DNA of 64,000 nt from a virus. Lineage: Duplodnaviria > Heunggongvirae > Uroviricota > Caudoviricetes. Shown here in pieces: positions 18,341 to 28,280 of the stretch. The stretch lies in the IMG/VR virus record IMGVR_UViG_3300042382_000594; one strand, given 5' to 3'. The position numbers and the translations under genes are program-made. The first letter of the stretch is position 1. Every line of letters starts with the position of its first letter. The notes beneath the pieces were generated by a model. It made no database searches. It saw only the letters and a list, made by a program, of their open reading frames with translations, and was not told the origin of the DNA.

Positions 18341-19123
18341 TTAATCCTTTTCGTACATTGATCTAGGAAAGTATGTTTCACCTAAACTTGAAATTGGCGG
18401 CATAAAGGGAGCATTTTTTATTGTATAGAAATCGCTATTACAAACTGAACCTATCCACATTTCAGCTTTTAGCCTAATAGAATTCCAAGTTCGTAAATCA
18501 GTAGAATTAATTAAATTTATCCACCAATCATTTTCCATTATATCAGGGAGTTTATTTATATGCGAAGATTTAGACCACCAAATTGTTCCTGAATAATGAG
18601 GAGTTGGCCATTCGCACAAATTAACTCCAGCGCAAGAATGTGTTTCTAATGCTTTAATACAAAGTTTCCAGTTTTCAACGCAACCCCATTCTAAAAACTT
18701 TCTCCAATTATAATAATTAACATATCTTCTAAAATCGCCTGCTTGTTTCATTCTACTTGTAGCAGTAACTCCTTTAGAATGAAGATAAAGAAAATAAGCA
18801 TCTTCGCGTTTAGCATGAGCCTGTAATTCTTTCATTGTTATAGTTTCGTCATGAGGATTATGATTATCCAAATAATTAGAAGATAATTGTTGATCATTTA
18901 ATTTAGTTTCACAACAATTTAATACTTGAATTTTATTAAACTGAGTACATAATCCAACAAATAAATTTATTTGTTCCGGTGAACCGATACAATTAACATA
19001 CATTTTTTCCAATTCATCATATAAACCGGAATTTATAGTTAAATAAACTTGGTCTATAAATAAACTAGACCAAGTTCCAGTATCATCAGTAAGGTAAATG
19101 TGATAATACAAATATTTTTTCAT
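18341..19123 (-). CDS. hypothetical protein within glycan cluster
   Basis: ORF track. 260 aa, Trp/Cys-rich. Location only. Confidence 0.25.
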   Translation of the reverse strand: MKKYLYYHIYLTDDTGTWSSLFIDQVYLTINSGLYDELEKMYVNCIGSPEQINLFVGLCTQFNKIQVLNCCETKLNDQQLSSNYLDNHNPHDETITMKELQAHAKREDAYFLYLHSKGVTATSRMKQAGDFRRYVNYYNWRKFLEWGCVENWKLCIKALETHSCAGVNLCEWPTPHYSGTIWWSKSSHINKLPDIMENDWWINLINSTDLRTWNSIRLKAEMWIGSVCNSDFYTIKNAPFMPPISSLGETYFPRSMYEKD

Positions 19124-20154
19124 TAGGCTAACTCAATCCATTCTTGATTATCTAATGACCAATGAACGACTTCTGAAATACGTTCTTGAAGAGATACTTT
19201 TGGTTCCCAACCTAGAGATTTCATATATTCACCAGATAAAGCATAACGTAAATCGTGTCCAGGTCTAGAAGTATGGAAATCAATCATTTCATAATTTAAT
19301 TCTTTTCCCGCTGCAGCAGCAATCATTTTGGCTAAAGATAAATTATCAATTTCTTCTTTACCAACAACATTAAATTTAGGGCATTTAGCATTACCATAAT
19401 CAGGTTCGTAGATAGAAGGATTATCTAAATTTAATAAGAATAACATAGCATCAGCAACATCACTAGCATGAATATAATGGCGGCTACCAGCTTGAGTTTT
19501 ATCAGCATTAGAATGAATAAAAACTGTATCTCCATCTCTAGCTCTACGGATACATAATGGAATAAACTTTTCTGGATGTTGACGCTCACCAAACACATTC
19601 ATTGTGTGAGTAACAAAGATCGGAGTTCCATAAGTATTTTCATATGCTACACACAATTCTTCGCCTGCAGCTTTAGAAGCTGAATATGGATTTGTTGAAT
19701 TATATCTATCGCGTTCTTTATAATCAACGCCCTCTGGGGCGACACCAAAAATTTCATCAGTAGAAAAATAGATAAATCTTTCTAAACTTTTATGTTTTCT
19801 AGCGAACTCTAGGATATTTGTAGTACCAACAACATTATCCATTACAAATTCCATAGGAAATTCAATAGATCGATCTACATGACTTCCTGCAGCTAAATGT
19901 AGGATATAATTTATTTCACCAATAAAATTCTGTGTTAATGTTGAAATTTCAGCTTTTAAATCATGAAATACGAATTTAATTCTACTTTTAAATTCCGGAT
20001 TTCTAGCAATAACGTCAGCTAATCTATTTAAATTACCAGATAAATCTAATCTGTCTAACGTAACAATTTCCCAGTCAGTATTTGTTAGGAAATGATATAG
20101 AACATGATGTGCAATAAAACCTGCTCCGCCTGTTATTAATACTCTTTTTGCCAT
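19123..20154 (-). CDS. NDP-sugar 4,6-dehydratase (RmlB/GDP-heptose dehydratase-like SDR)
   Basis: VLITGGAGFIAHH, YSASKAAGE, HPEKFIPL and RPGHDLRYAL align with RmlB motifs (YSASKA, EKLIPL, RPGHDRRYAID). Confidence 0.8.
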   Translation of the reverse strand: MAKRVLITGGAGFIAHHVLYHFLTNTDWEIVTLDRLDLSGNLNRLADVIARNPEFKSRIKFVFHDLKAEISTLTQNFIGEINYILHLAAGSHVDRSIEFPMEFVMDNVVGTTNILEFARKHKSLERFIYFSTDEIFGVAPEGVDYKERDRYNSTNPYSASKAAGEELCVAYENTYGTPIFVTHTMNVFGERQHPEKFIPLCIRRARDGDTVFIHSNADKTQAGSRHYIHASDVADAMLFLLNLDNPSIYEPDYGNAKCPKFNVVGKEEIDNLSLAKMIAAAAGKELNYEMIDFHTSRPGHDLRYALSGEYMKSLGWEPKVSLQERISEVVHWSLDNQEWIELA

Positions 20155-20169
20155 TTTAAAACCCCCAAA

Positions 20170-20862
20170 TTACGAATAATTACAAATTTTTCCAGAATAA
20201 ACTTCAATAGAATTAAACATACCATTAGTAGAAAACGTTCCATCTACTATTTCATCGCATCTTAATTTAAATAAGTCAGCGTTTTGTTTATATCTTCCCT
20301 GAAATAAATGATATACAGAATTAGCAAATACTGTTCCAATACCGTAATATCCAAAATTACCCAATCTCCAAACACCTTCAACCGGCTCACGCTCAAAATT
20401 TGTTGGATACAATGCTTTATATGGAACCATAAAATCTTCAGCAACGTATGAAACTTCTTCAGCAACATCGCTTCTTGAATTTTCTAAGAAAGATGGTTTA
20501 CCCATTTTAACCCAAGTATCTCTATATATAAAGAAAAAGCACGGAGCAGCAAAAATATGCGCTCTTGGAGCAATATGATTTGATGCTTGAGCTGTTCCAA
20601 TAAATGATTTTGTTGCAGTTGCATATGCAATAGCATATTCTACAATACCTGCATTTAAGGGAACGCAATCATTATCAAAAAAACCAACAACGTCAGCTGT
20701 GCTATTTTCTAAAACCTCATTCATCCATTGACCATGAGGAATTGTTGTTAAATCATATTGAACCTGTAACCCTAAATGTTCAGTTACTTTTTTATGCGAT
20801 TCAATTAAATATTCACCATTTTGCCAATACATACATCTTAATTCTACAGTTACTTCTTCCAT
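20170..20862 (-). CDS. hypothetical protein within glycan cluster
   Basis: ORF track. 230 aa. Confidence 0.25.
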   Translation of the reverse strand: MEEVTVELRCMYWQNGEYLIESHKKVTEHLGLQVQYDLTTIPHGQWMNEVLENSTADVVGFFDNDCVPLNAGIVEYAIAYATATKSFIGTAQASNHIAPRAHIFAAPCFFFIYRDTWVKMGKPSFLENSRSDVAEEVSYVAEDFMVPYKALYPTNFEREPVEGVWRLGNFGYYGIGTVFANSVYHLFQGRYKQNADLFKLRCDEIVDGTFSTNGMFNSIEVYSGKICNYS

Positions 20863-21563
20863 GGATATTTCCCATTATATGTTTCATTCATTATTTTATT
20901 ACCCTGCTCAAAAAATTCTTTTGTCACAGAACCCTCGTTACCGCCCAATCGATAATTAATTGTATATTCACCAGAACATTCATAATTATTAAAATTATTA
21001 TGCAATACATTAAAAATTACTCTATCTTCACCCCAACCGGAATGCCAGAATGAAGCAATTTTAATAGCAATTTCTTTTGGAATACAATAACAATTAGTAT
21101 CAACCATATTTGTATTAGTCCAAGCAGACCATTTTCCTAAACTTTCGCAATTATCTTGCAACAAATACTCTCCAGCAGGAGAATATATATTACGCAAACT
21201 ATATGCCCATTGAGATCCAGTTGATTCAATAGTTGAAATCATAGATTCAATATGAGTAGGTTCATACCAATTATCTTGATCTAAGAAAAACAAATAATCT
21301 TTGTTTACTAGATGAGAAAAAGAGGCATAAATTCGTTGGCCATAAAAACCACCAGCACCAACGTTTTCTTCTAGATAAACTAGTTGAATAGGAATACCAA
21401 AACCTCTACCAAAAAACATCTTTCTTACTTTAGAAGCAAATTCTTTTCCATCAACTACAATAAGAGCAGTAACGTCCTTGTATGTTTGTTTAGAAATACT
21501 CTCTACTGCTTGTATAAGAGTGTCAGCTCCTGTTGTAGGAATTATTACTATCGCGCTTTTCAT
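20850..21563 (-). CDS. GT-A fold glycosyltransferase (GT2)
   Basis: AIVIIPTTG...ALIVVDGKE pattern typical of GT2 enzymes. Confidence 0.6.
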   Translation of the reverse strand: MKSAIVIIPTTGADTLIQAVESISKQTYKDVTALIVVDGKEFASKVRKMFFGRGFGIPIQLVYLEENVGAGGFYGQRIYASFSHLVNKDYLFFLDQDNWYEPTHIESMISTIESTGSQWAYSLRNIYSPAGEYLLQDNCESLGKWSAWTNTNMVDTNCYCIPKEIAIKIASFWHSGWGEDRVIFNVLHNNFNNYECSGEYTINYRLGGNEGSVTKEFFEQGNKIMNETYNGKYPWKK

Positions 21564-22960
21564 TATACTTTAAACCCATCAAATGATTTCTTTTCAAATT
21601 TATTTTGTTTTTGCATAGATTTATATGACTCAGATGGATCCATGCTTCCAGCATCAGTAATACCTTCCTGCGCTGATTGTTCAACATCAAATAATTTCAT
21701 CTTAGCTCTATCAACGCCAACAACAAAACGTTTATTTAAATTTAAATCTCTATATCGATTTTTTAATTGTTTAATCATTATTTGATTTAAATCATATAGT
21801 TCTTCGCTGTTAATAATTGCACACATAAAATCAGCAATAGCAGGAACACCAAATGATTCAGATACATCACTCATATCAACATCACTACTTTGAGATCCGC
21901 TTCTAGTTGTCTGAGTTGCTGTTACTACAGGAATACTAAACTCTTGAGCGAAGCCCCGCAATTCTTGCGCAATAGCTTGAATATATGTATAAGTGTTGAT
22001 ACTACCAGACATCTTCATTCTAGAACTAGCACAAATATTTAAATAATCAATAAAAACTACATCTGGAACGAAATTCTTTTTTAAACGCAATTCATTTAAT
22101 AAAGTTCTAAAATGATTTACATTAGCTGCAGCTGTTGGGTATTCTTTGACAAATAACTTACCAATCGTTTTTGATTTAACATAATTAATCTTTTTATCAA
22201 AAGAAGATTTATCCAATTGCATTAAATCATCCATAGATATTCTAAGCAAATTAGCATCAATACGTTTTGCGATTTCTTCTTCAGCCATTTCACAAGTTAT
22301 GTATAAAACATTTTTACCTGATAACTGAAAATCAGCTGCGAAATTACACATCATTAAACTTTTGCCGCCATGGGGTGGAGCTAAGATAACATTTAGAGTT
22401 TTCTTCGGTAAGCCGCCATTTGTTATTAAATTAAAATAATTTAAACTAAAAGGAACTTTTTCCTCAGTTCTATGATAATATTCATAACGACTATCGGCAT
22501 CACCCAAATAGTCGTGACCAACGCTTGAATCAAATGATATTGATAATGCTTCAGATAATAATGTAGGAATACTTCCCTTAGATAAATCTTTATGTTTTCC
22601 ATCAAGAATTGTAATAGATTCTCTAACAGCATTAAAGATTGCTTGGTCTTGACAAAAAGTTTCCGTTTTATCAACTAACCATTCTAAATCTACAGTTTCA
22701 GATTTAGCTTCATGCAATTCATTTAATAATGTAAGAGTTTCTTTATGTTCTTCTTCGGAAACTGCTTTTTCATTTAACTGAATAATAAGAGCTTCATATG
22801 TTGGAATATTTCCATAATTTGTAATGAACGAACTAATCTCGTTAAAAATTGTTCGTTCATTTCTATCATTAAAATAATCTGCCCTTAAAAAAGGTAATAC
22901 TTTTCTCGTAAATTCTTCAGAGTAATGAAGGTTCTTCAAAATCAGCGTATTCAGATTCAA
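21563..22960 (-). CDS. 41: replicative DNA helicase (T4 gp41, DnaB-like)
   Basis: Walker A PPHGGKSLMM, DnaB-like C-terminal RecA fold. Position between the primase region and uvsX. Confidence 0.85.
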   Translation of the reverse strand: MNLNTLILKNLHYSEEFTRKVLPFLRADYFNDRNERTIFNEISSFITNYGNIPTYEALIIQLNEKAVSEEEHKETLTLLNELHEAKSETVDLEWLVDKTETFCQDQAIFNAVRESITILDGKHKDLSKGSIPTLLSEALSISFDSSVGHDYLGDADSRYEYYHRTEEKVPFSLNYFNLITNGGLPKKTLNVILAPPHGGKSLMMCNFAADFQLSGKNVLYITCEMAEEEIAKRIDANLLRISMDDLMQLDKSSFDKKINYVKSKTIGKLFVKEYPTAAANVNHFRTLLNELRLKKNFVPDVVFIDYLNICASSRMKMSGSINTYTYIQAIAQELRGFAQEFSIPVVTATQTTRSGSQSSDVDMSDVSESFGVPAIADFMCAIINSEELYDLNQIMIKQLKNRYRDLNLNKRFVVGVDRAKMKLFDVEQSAQEGITDAGSMDPSESYKSMQKQNKFEKKSFDGFKV

Positions 22961-23255
22961 TATTTTCTCCTGCTTCTTTAATACTGTCAGTAAGAATTTT
23001 CATTAATATATCACCTATAGTATTTTTAAAATCTATAGTTTCAAATAATTCTTTTGGTTTTTCGGCGTCATAAACGACATCATAATTAAAACTTAACACA
23101 GCAGATCCATCTGGATTATCTGTACCATCATCTTGAACACTAAGATCGCTTAATGTTACGATAACCCCGTCAAATTCACCGGATTCTAATTTTAATCCAT
23201 TTGCTCCATTGACCTCAATGAAATTATACTCTACAACGGTTCTTTCGTCAACCAT
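22917..23255 (-). CDS. acidic hypothetical protein
   Basis: ORF track. 112 aa. Overlaps the gp41 3' end. Confidence 0.3.
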   Translation of the reverse strand: MVDERTVVEYNFIEVNGANGLKLESGEFDGVIVTLSDLSVQDDGTDNPDGSAVLSFNYDVVYDAEKPKELFETIDFKNTIGDILMKILTDSIKEAGENIESEYADFEEPSLL

Positions 23256-23264
23256 TTTTTTCTC

Positions 23265-23468
23265 CTACCAGAAATTAAACCAAACGCCAGTTCCATGAAC
23301 CCACGCAATTGGAGCCATAATGGCTCCGGCAATTAAAAATAACCATTCTTTATTGTTAATACAAACTATAATATGAGTAAACCAAGATGCTATTGTCCAA
23401 CAAAGAAAACTAATAATAAGCGTTACATAAAAAATATCATTAATATCAATTCTAGTTAATCTATGCAT
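23265..23468 (-). CDS. small membrane protein (start trimmed to Met just after uvsX stop)
   Basis: The track ORF 23265..23561 overlaps the uvsX 3' end by 100 nt. An internal Met (MHRLTRID...) at 23468 gives a 2-TM, 67-aa protein. Confidence 0.25.
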   Translation of the reverse strand: MHRLTRIDINDIFYVTLIISFLCWTIASWFTHIIVCINNKEWLFLIAGAIMAPIAWVHGTGVWFNFW

Positions 23469-24543
23469 CTTCCAATTCCTCATCAGCAAATACAGCATCA
23501 ATATCTTCATCAATATCATTACCAAAAATATCTCCATGAGATACTTTATATTTACTTTCAATAAATGCTTTAAATTGAGTGCTTTCCAAAATAGGATCCC
23601 AAAATTCAGCAGATTCAGTTTCTTTTAATCGATATTTTTTCTCTAAAAGTTCACCAGTTGCTAAATTAACTTTTTGATACCAACCATTACTCGGTTTAAT
23701 AACGATACCAGATTCTAATGCTAAATCAATTAAACCAGACCATTTACTAATACCACCTTTAAAACTTACGCAAACTGGAATTTTAGATTTCTCTTTGGTA
23801 TATCGAGATTTCTCAACGTTAATAATAAAGTTATATCCAATTACTTCAGTTCCTTCTTTTTCTTGCTGACGACCTAAAATATAAATGTTATCAGCTGCAT
23901 AATATGAACCAGTACCGCCACCAACAACATCTTTTGCATAAAGTTCCATAGTTTTATAGGTATGATTAACAGCTACCAATGGAATATCTTTTAACATTAA
24001 ATGAGGTGTAATCATTCTAAACAAAGATTTTAACTGTTTAGCTCTAGTCATATCAGCTGTTGATTTACCATCTAAGGCATCATCAACTTCTTTCTTACTA
24101 GCCAAATTACCAATAGAGTCTATAAGGATAAGAATTCGATCTCCACGGACAATATTATCAATCTGATTCATTATATCAAACTTCAATTCTTCGACGTTTT
24201 TAAGAGGAGTGTGGATCACTCTATCCATATCAATACCAAAAGATTGGAAATATGATTGCGGCGTACCAAACTCTGAATCATAAAATAACAAAACTGATTC
24301 TGGATATTTATCCATATACGATTTAGCCATTAATAAACTAAATGCAGTTTTAAAATGTTTACTTGGACCAGCCCACATTGTAAATCCAGGAGTAAACCCA
24401 CCATCTAAAGATCCTGATAACGCCACGTTAATAATTGGAATTGGCGTTTGAATCATATCTTTATCAACAAAGAATTTTGATTTAGAAAGAACCGAAGTTT
24501 CTTTAATTGTACTATTCTTTTTAATTTTATCTAACAAACTCAT
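23461..24543 (-). CDS. uvsX: RecA-like recombinase UvsX
   Basis: MWAGPSKHFKTAFSL matches the T4 UvsX Walker A region (FAGPSKHFKSNMSL). 360 aa. Confidence 0.9.
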   Translation of the reverse strand: MSLLDKIKKNSTIKETSVLSKSKFFVDKDMIQTPIPIINVALSGSLDGGFTPGFTMWAGPSKHFKTAFSLLMAKSYMDKYPESVLLFYDSEFGTPQSYFQSFGIDMDRVIHTPLKNVEELKFDIMNQIDNIVRGDRILILIDSIGNLASKKEVDDALDGKSTADMTRAKQLKSLFRMITPHLMLKDIPLVAVNHTYKTMELYAKDVVGGGTGSYYAADNIYILGRQQEKEGTEVIGYNFIINVEKSRYTKEKSKIPVCVSFKGGISKWSGLIDLALESGIVIKPSNGWYQKVNLATGELLEKKYRLKETESAEFWDPILESTQFKAFIESKYKVSHGDIFGNDIDEDIDAVFADEELEDA

Positions 24544-24556
24544 ATTTTATTTTCCT

Positions 24557-27073
24557 TTAAGCAAAAAAGTCATCAATACAATTTCTTCTTTCATGCGACC
24601 AACCAACGGCTTGTAACATACCATTTAATGGATCCAAGAAAGTTTTTTCATACTGTTTATCGTAATCTACATATTGTTCTAAATCAAACTCAGGTGGAAT
24701 TGAAACTGGAAATGAAATTACTTCATGTTTTAATGGATTAGGTAATTTTAAATAACAAAATTTAATATGCGCACCTTCACCAATCATTTCATATCTATTC
24801 TGAAGACCCATTTCACGAAGTTTATTGTTATATAGTATCGATCCTTTAGTATGAATCGGGCATTTATTACCATAAATCGTTTCTGAATCAGAATACTTTT
24901 CAATACCATTTACTCCACGAGGAAACGCAATCTCTTCAACAGAATAATTTTTAAACTTAGATTTAACCGCAGCTACAAAATCTTGAATATCACCTTCAGT
25001 TCCGTTTAAAATCAAACCAACTGAACTACGAAGTTTATCGCGAATAACTAATGGAGTTGAAGATTTAACAACTTCAAGACCCATAATTTTTATCTTAGGT
25101 TCGTTATAAACAACACCTTCATTTTCATACACATTTAATGCATATCGTTTTTTACCAGTCCAAAAACCATTAGAACTAATACCCTCAAGTTTAAATGAAA
25201 TACAGTTACGTTTTACATGAGTATAGGCTTGCAAATCATCACAACATTCATTAATAATTGGATCAATCTTTTCTTTACAAATTTTACTTAAAACAGGAAC
25301 AATTTCTTTAAATTCTTTATCAGAATAAAATTTATTAACAATAGGTTCTAACGAAAGATAAATTGAATCTGTATCTTGATAAATTACCCATGGATAATCA
25401 GCTTTAAACATTTTATCTAATTTTAATTTAACAAATTCACCAACGGAAATAATAATGTATTGACCAGATAAAGTTACAGCTCTAGCATTTTCTAAGGTGT
25501 AATATCTAAAAAACGCATTACCCAAAGCTCCATACAAACTGTTCATAGCAATTTTAAATGCCATCTGCTCATTATTAAACTTGGAAATTAAATTTGAAAT
25601 TCGTTTGTATTCTTTTTTATCATAATCTTTATTAGATTTTAAGGCTTCTAACTCAGATTCATATTTTAACATTGTTGATTTTGCTTCTTTACGTTTTTTC
25701 ATATAAACGTCAATCAACTCAGGAATCATACCAACTTTATCTTTACGATACATAGCTCCATTAGCTGCAACAGCATATTCTTCTGGAAAAGTATATTCTT
25801 TATCTAATAAACCTTTAGTTGTAATATTACCATCAAACATACCAGTAAAAGTTTCCAACGAAATATTCCATGTTTGTAAAATACTTGGATACAAACTAGT
25901 GGCATCGAAACTAGCAATATCGCGATAAAATCCAGGAACTGGTTCGCGAACGTATGCACCTTCAAACTGTTCGCTTTTACTATTTTTAGATCTAGGCGGA
26001 ATTACTATTTTATTGGCTTTTAAATGATTAAAAATAATTGCATCCCACATTCTAATCTGACTATAAATATCACCATAATTAATCTTAGCCAGATAACTCA
26101 TAGTTAAACATAAATCAATAAGTTTTTCTGTATCTTCTAACTCATCAACTCTATCACAGTCGATAATGTTATAGTCAACAAACTTATTCCAACCATTGGT
26201 ATAGAAATCTTTAAATGTATCAAATTCACTATGGTCTAATTTACCATGACCTAATACTAGTTGAGCAACTGTTTCTAGGCGCAAGTTTTCTGGCTTTTTC
26301 TGACCGTATTTTTTATAAAGATCTCTAAAATCAATGACGTTAACTCCGACAATTTCAAATAAAGTTGTTGGTTTACCAAAATCATCCTTTGTTTTACGTT
26401 CTTTAATACGGTTCCATGGACTTAATTCGCGAACTCTATCTTCGCTAACTATTTTTGTAATACGATTAACCAGATATTTTATATCGAACCCTTCTACGTT
26501 CCAACCTGTAATAATATCGATATCACTACGTTTCCAGAAATCAACAAAACGATTTAATAAAGAATACTCATCATCACACAAAATAAACTCACAGTTTTCT
26601 TTTTTATCTCCAGTATATTCTCTAGACATAAAAGTTGTACTGCGTTTTGTTTTCATGTTTTTCATGGTAATAAGAAGAACTTCCTCTGCTGCAACATCAG
26701 GCGAAGGAAAACCGGAATTTTCAGTTGAAGTTTCGATATCCAATACATAAGAATTAATGAATTCTATATCCCAATCAATAACTTTTGGAAATTGATCAGA
26801 GATAAATTGAACATCGAAACCGATATCACCATAAATTTCAAAATTATCTACATCTTCGTATCTTTTAATAAAATCGCGAGTTTCTTTAATATCTCCAGGT
26901 TGGATTTCTTCAACATATTGACCGAAAAGATTTTTCCAATCACTTTGTTTATTTGATTTAACATAAACTTTAGGCGAATATTCATATTTAAACTGAACTC
27001 GCTTACCATCCTCAATCCCTTTATATAAAATACTATTCCCTAATATAGATACGTCAGTGTAGAATTTTGACAT
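24557..27073 (-). CDS. 43: family B DNA polymerase (T4 gp43)
   Basis: 838 aa. Pol motif C YQDTDSIY, motif A DxxSLYPS (DATSLYPSI) and exonuclease motifs present. Confidence 0.95.
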   Translation of the reverse strand: MSKFYTDVSILGNSILYKGIEDGKRVQFKYEYSPKVYVKSNKQSDWKNLFGQYVEEIQPGDIKETRDFIKRYEDVDNFEIYGDIGFDVQFISDQFPKVIDWDIEFINSYVLDIETSTENSGFPSPDVAAEEVLLITMKNMKTKRSTTFMSREYTGDKKENCEFILCDDEYSLLNRFVDFWKRSDIDIITGWNVEGFDIKYLVNRITKIVSEDRVRELSPWNRIKERKTKDDFGKPTTLFEIVGVNVIDFRDLYKKYGQKKPENLRLETVAQLVLGHGKLDHSEFDTFKDFYTNGWNKFVDYNIIDCDRVDELEDTEKLIDLCLTMSYLAKINYGDIYSQIRMWDAIIFNHLKANKIVIPPRSKNSKSEQFEGAYVREPVPGFYRDIASFDATSLYPSILQTWNISLETFTGMFDGNITTKGLLDKEYTFPEEYAVAANGAMYRKDKVGMIPELIDVYMKKRKEAKSTMLKYESELEALKSNKDYDKKEYKRISNLISKFNNEQMAFKIAMNSLYGALGNAFFRYYTLENARAVTLSGQYIIISVGEFVKLKLDKMFKADYPWVIYQDTDSIYLSLEPIVNKFYSDKEFKEIVPVLSKICKEKIDPIINECCDDLQAYTHVKRNCISFKLEGISSNGFWTGKKRYALNVYENEGVVYNEPKIKIMGLEVVKSSTPLVIRDKLRSSVGLILNGTEGDIQDFVAAVKSKFKNYSVEEIAFPRGVNGIEKYSDSETIYGNKCPIHTKGSILYNNKLREMGLQNRYEMIGEGAHIKFCYLKLPNPLKHEVISFPVSIPPEFDLEQYVDYDKQYEKTFLDPLNGMLQAVGWSHERRNCIDDFFA

Positions 27074-27439
27074 TTATTTTCCTGTAAAGATTTTTTGTGG
27101 CGCAGTTAAGATTTTACCAAAAATTTTATTATATTGTTCAACAAATTGTTCGTCTGGTTCAATATAAAATACAACTAGATTTTTATTAATTTCAATCTTA
27201 TTTTTATTTTTCGGGTTATTATATTCTGGAAAAGGAGCAAATCCTACTGATTGTTCTTTTGGGTTTTCCAGCGAATCAGCAATAACTAATTGAATTGTAT
27301 CCTCGAACAAATCACACTCAGGTCGCGTTTCACATGGACCAAGATATGTACCTAAAACTGTTTCGCCAGACAATAATTTAAATTGTTTAACTGTCATTTT
27401 CTTCCTCAATTTTATAGATTTTAACACCGCATTTTTCAA
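27074..27439 (-). CDS. hypothetical protein
   Basis: ORF track. 121 aa. Confidence 0.3.
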   Translation of the reverse strand: MKNAVLKSIKLRKKMTVKQFKLLSGETVLGTYLGPCETRPECDLFEDTIQLVIADSLENPKEQSVGFAPFPEYNNPKNKNKIEINKNLVVFYIEPDEQFVEQYNKIFGKILTAPQKIFTGK

Positions 27440-27899
27440 GAAAACGAATACCTGCGGATGAACGATATTCGTTTTTATAATATAATGTTTTTATACCAGA
27501 ACTGTATATAATTTTTGCACACTGTAAACAAGGGCTATGAGTACAAATAATTGTTGCATCTATACCAGATTCTGTTGAACGCGCTAGTTGACTAATTGCA
27601 TTTGCCTCAGAATGAATTAACTCATCATAAGTTTTTAACCCTTCCCATGCATTTTTATTGGAATTATACGTGAATCTAGCTTGTTCGTCAATAGGTAATT
27701 TTGAAAATTCAACATTATCAATAGAAACTGGATATTCACAATCATTAGGCGTCCACCCTGCAGGCATTCCATTGTACCCACAGCTAATGATACGATTATT
27801 CTTTACTATGACCGTACCAACTTGTAAACGAGTCGCATAGGACAACTGAGCAGTTCTCTCGGCGACATCCATAAAGTATTTAACAAATTTTTCTTTCAT
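27387..27899 (-). CDS. cd: dCMP deaminase
   Basis: Zinc-binding HSEANAI and PCLQC motifs of the cytidine/dCMP deaminase family. Confidence 0.8.
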   Translation of the reverse strand: MKEKFVKYFMDVAERTAQLSYATRLQVGTVIVKNNRIISCGYNGMPAGWTPNDCEYPVSIDNVEFSKLPIDEQARFTYNSNKNAWEGLKTYDELIHSEANAISQLARSTESGIDATIICTHSPCLQCAKIIYSSGIKTLYYKNEYRSSAGIRFLEKCGVKIYKIEEENDS

Positions 27900-28168
27900 T
27901 TTTTATCAGGATTAAATTCATCATCAATATCAAATATAAATTGCTTTATAATATAAAGTGCTTCTTCCATATTACTTTCGCTAATTTCCATATCGCACCT
28001 TGATCTAATTATCTCGGGAGTAATTGTTTTTAATTCTTCATATGTATAAATTGGATTTTCGTCAGCTCCAGCATACCATAAAGCTAACTTTTGAGTTTCT
28101 TTTGTTTCACCGGATTCAGTTGTATGAAATGCATACCAATCTGAACAAGACCAACGGCTATAAGACAT
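27896..28168 (-). CDS. hypothetical protein
   Basis: ORF track. 90 aa. Confidence 0.3.
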   Translation of the reverse strand: MSYSRWSCSDWYAFHTTESGETKETQKLALWYAGADENPIYTYEELKTITPEIIRSRCDMEISESNMEEALYIIKQFIFDIDDEFNPDKK

Positions 28169-28228
28169 AATACCTCCTACATTTAAACTATAATAATATT
28201 ATACTATATAAGTTGTTTTTTGTCAAGC

Positions 28229-28262
28229 AAAAAAAAAAGGGGCAACCATTTCTGATTGCCCC
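28229..28262 (-). terminator. rho-independent terminator downstream of hsp20 (minus strand)
   Basis: Stem ggggcaa/ttgcccc with an 11-nt loop. On the minus strand it is followed by a T10 run. Confidence 0.6.
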
Positions 28263-28280
28263 TATAGTTATAAAACCTAA

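Noticed and set aside
20262-21053. ORFs 20262..20468 (-) and 20742..21053 (+)
   Set aside because: Nested in or antisense to 20170..20862 and 20850..21563. No independent support.
21384-21785. Plus-strand 133-aa ORF spanning the GT2/gp41 junction
   Set aside because: Antisense to two supported genes. Cys/Ser/Asn-rich low-complexity.
22441-22674. Minus-strand 77-aa ORF inside gp41
   Set aside because: Alternate frame of the helicase gene.
26334-26750. Plus-strand 138-aa ORF antisense to DNA polymerase
   Set aside because: Antisense to gp43. Ser/Phe/Arg-rich.
27658-27840. Plus-strand 60-aa ORF
   Set aside because: Antisense within the dCMP deaminase gene.
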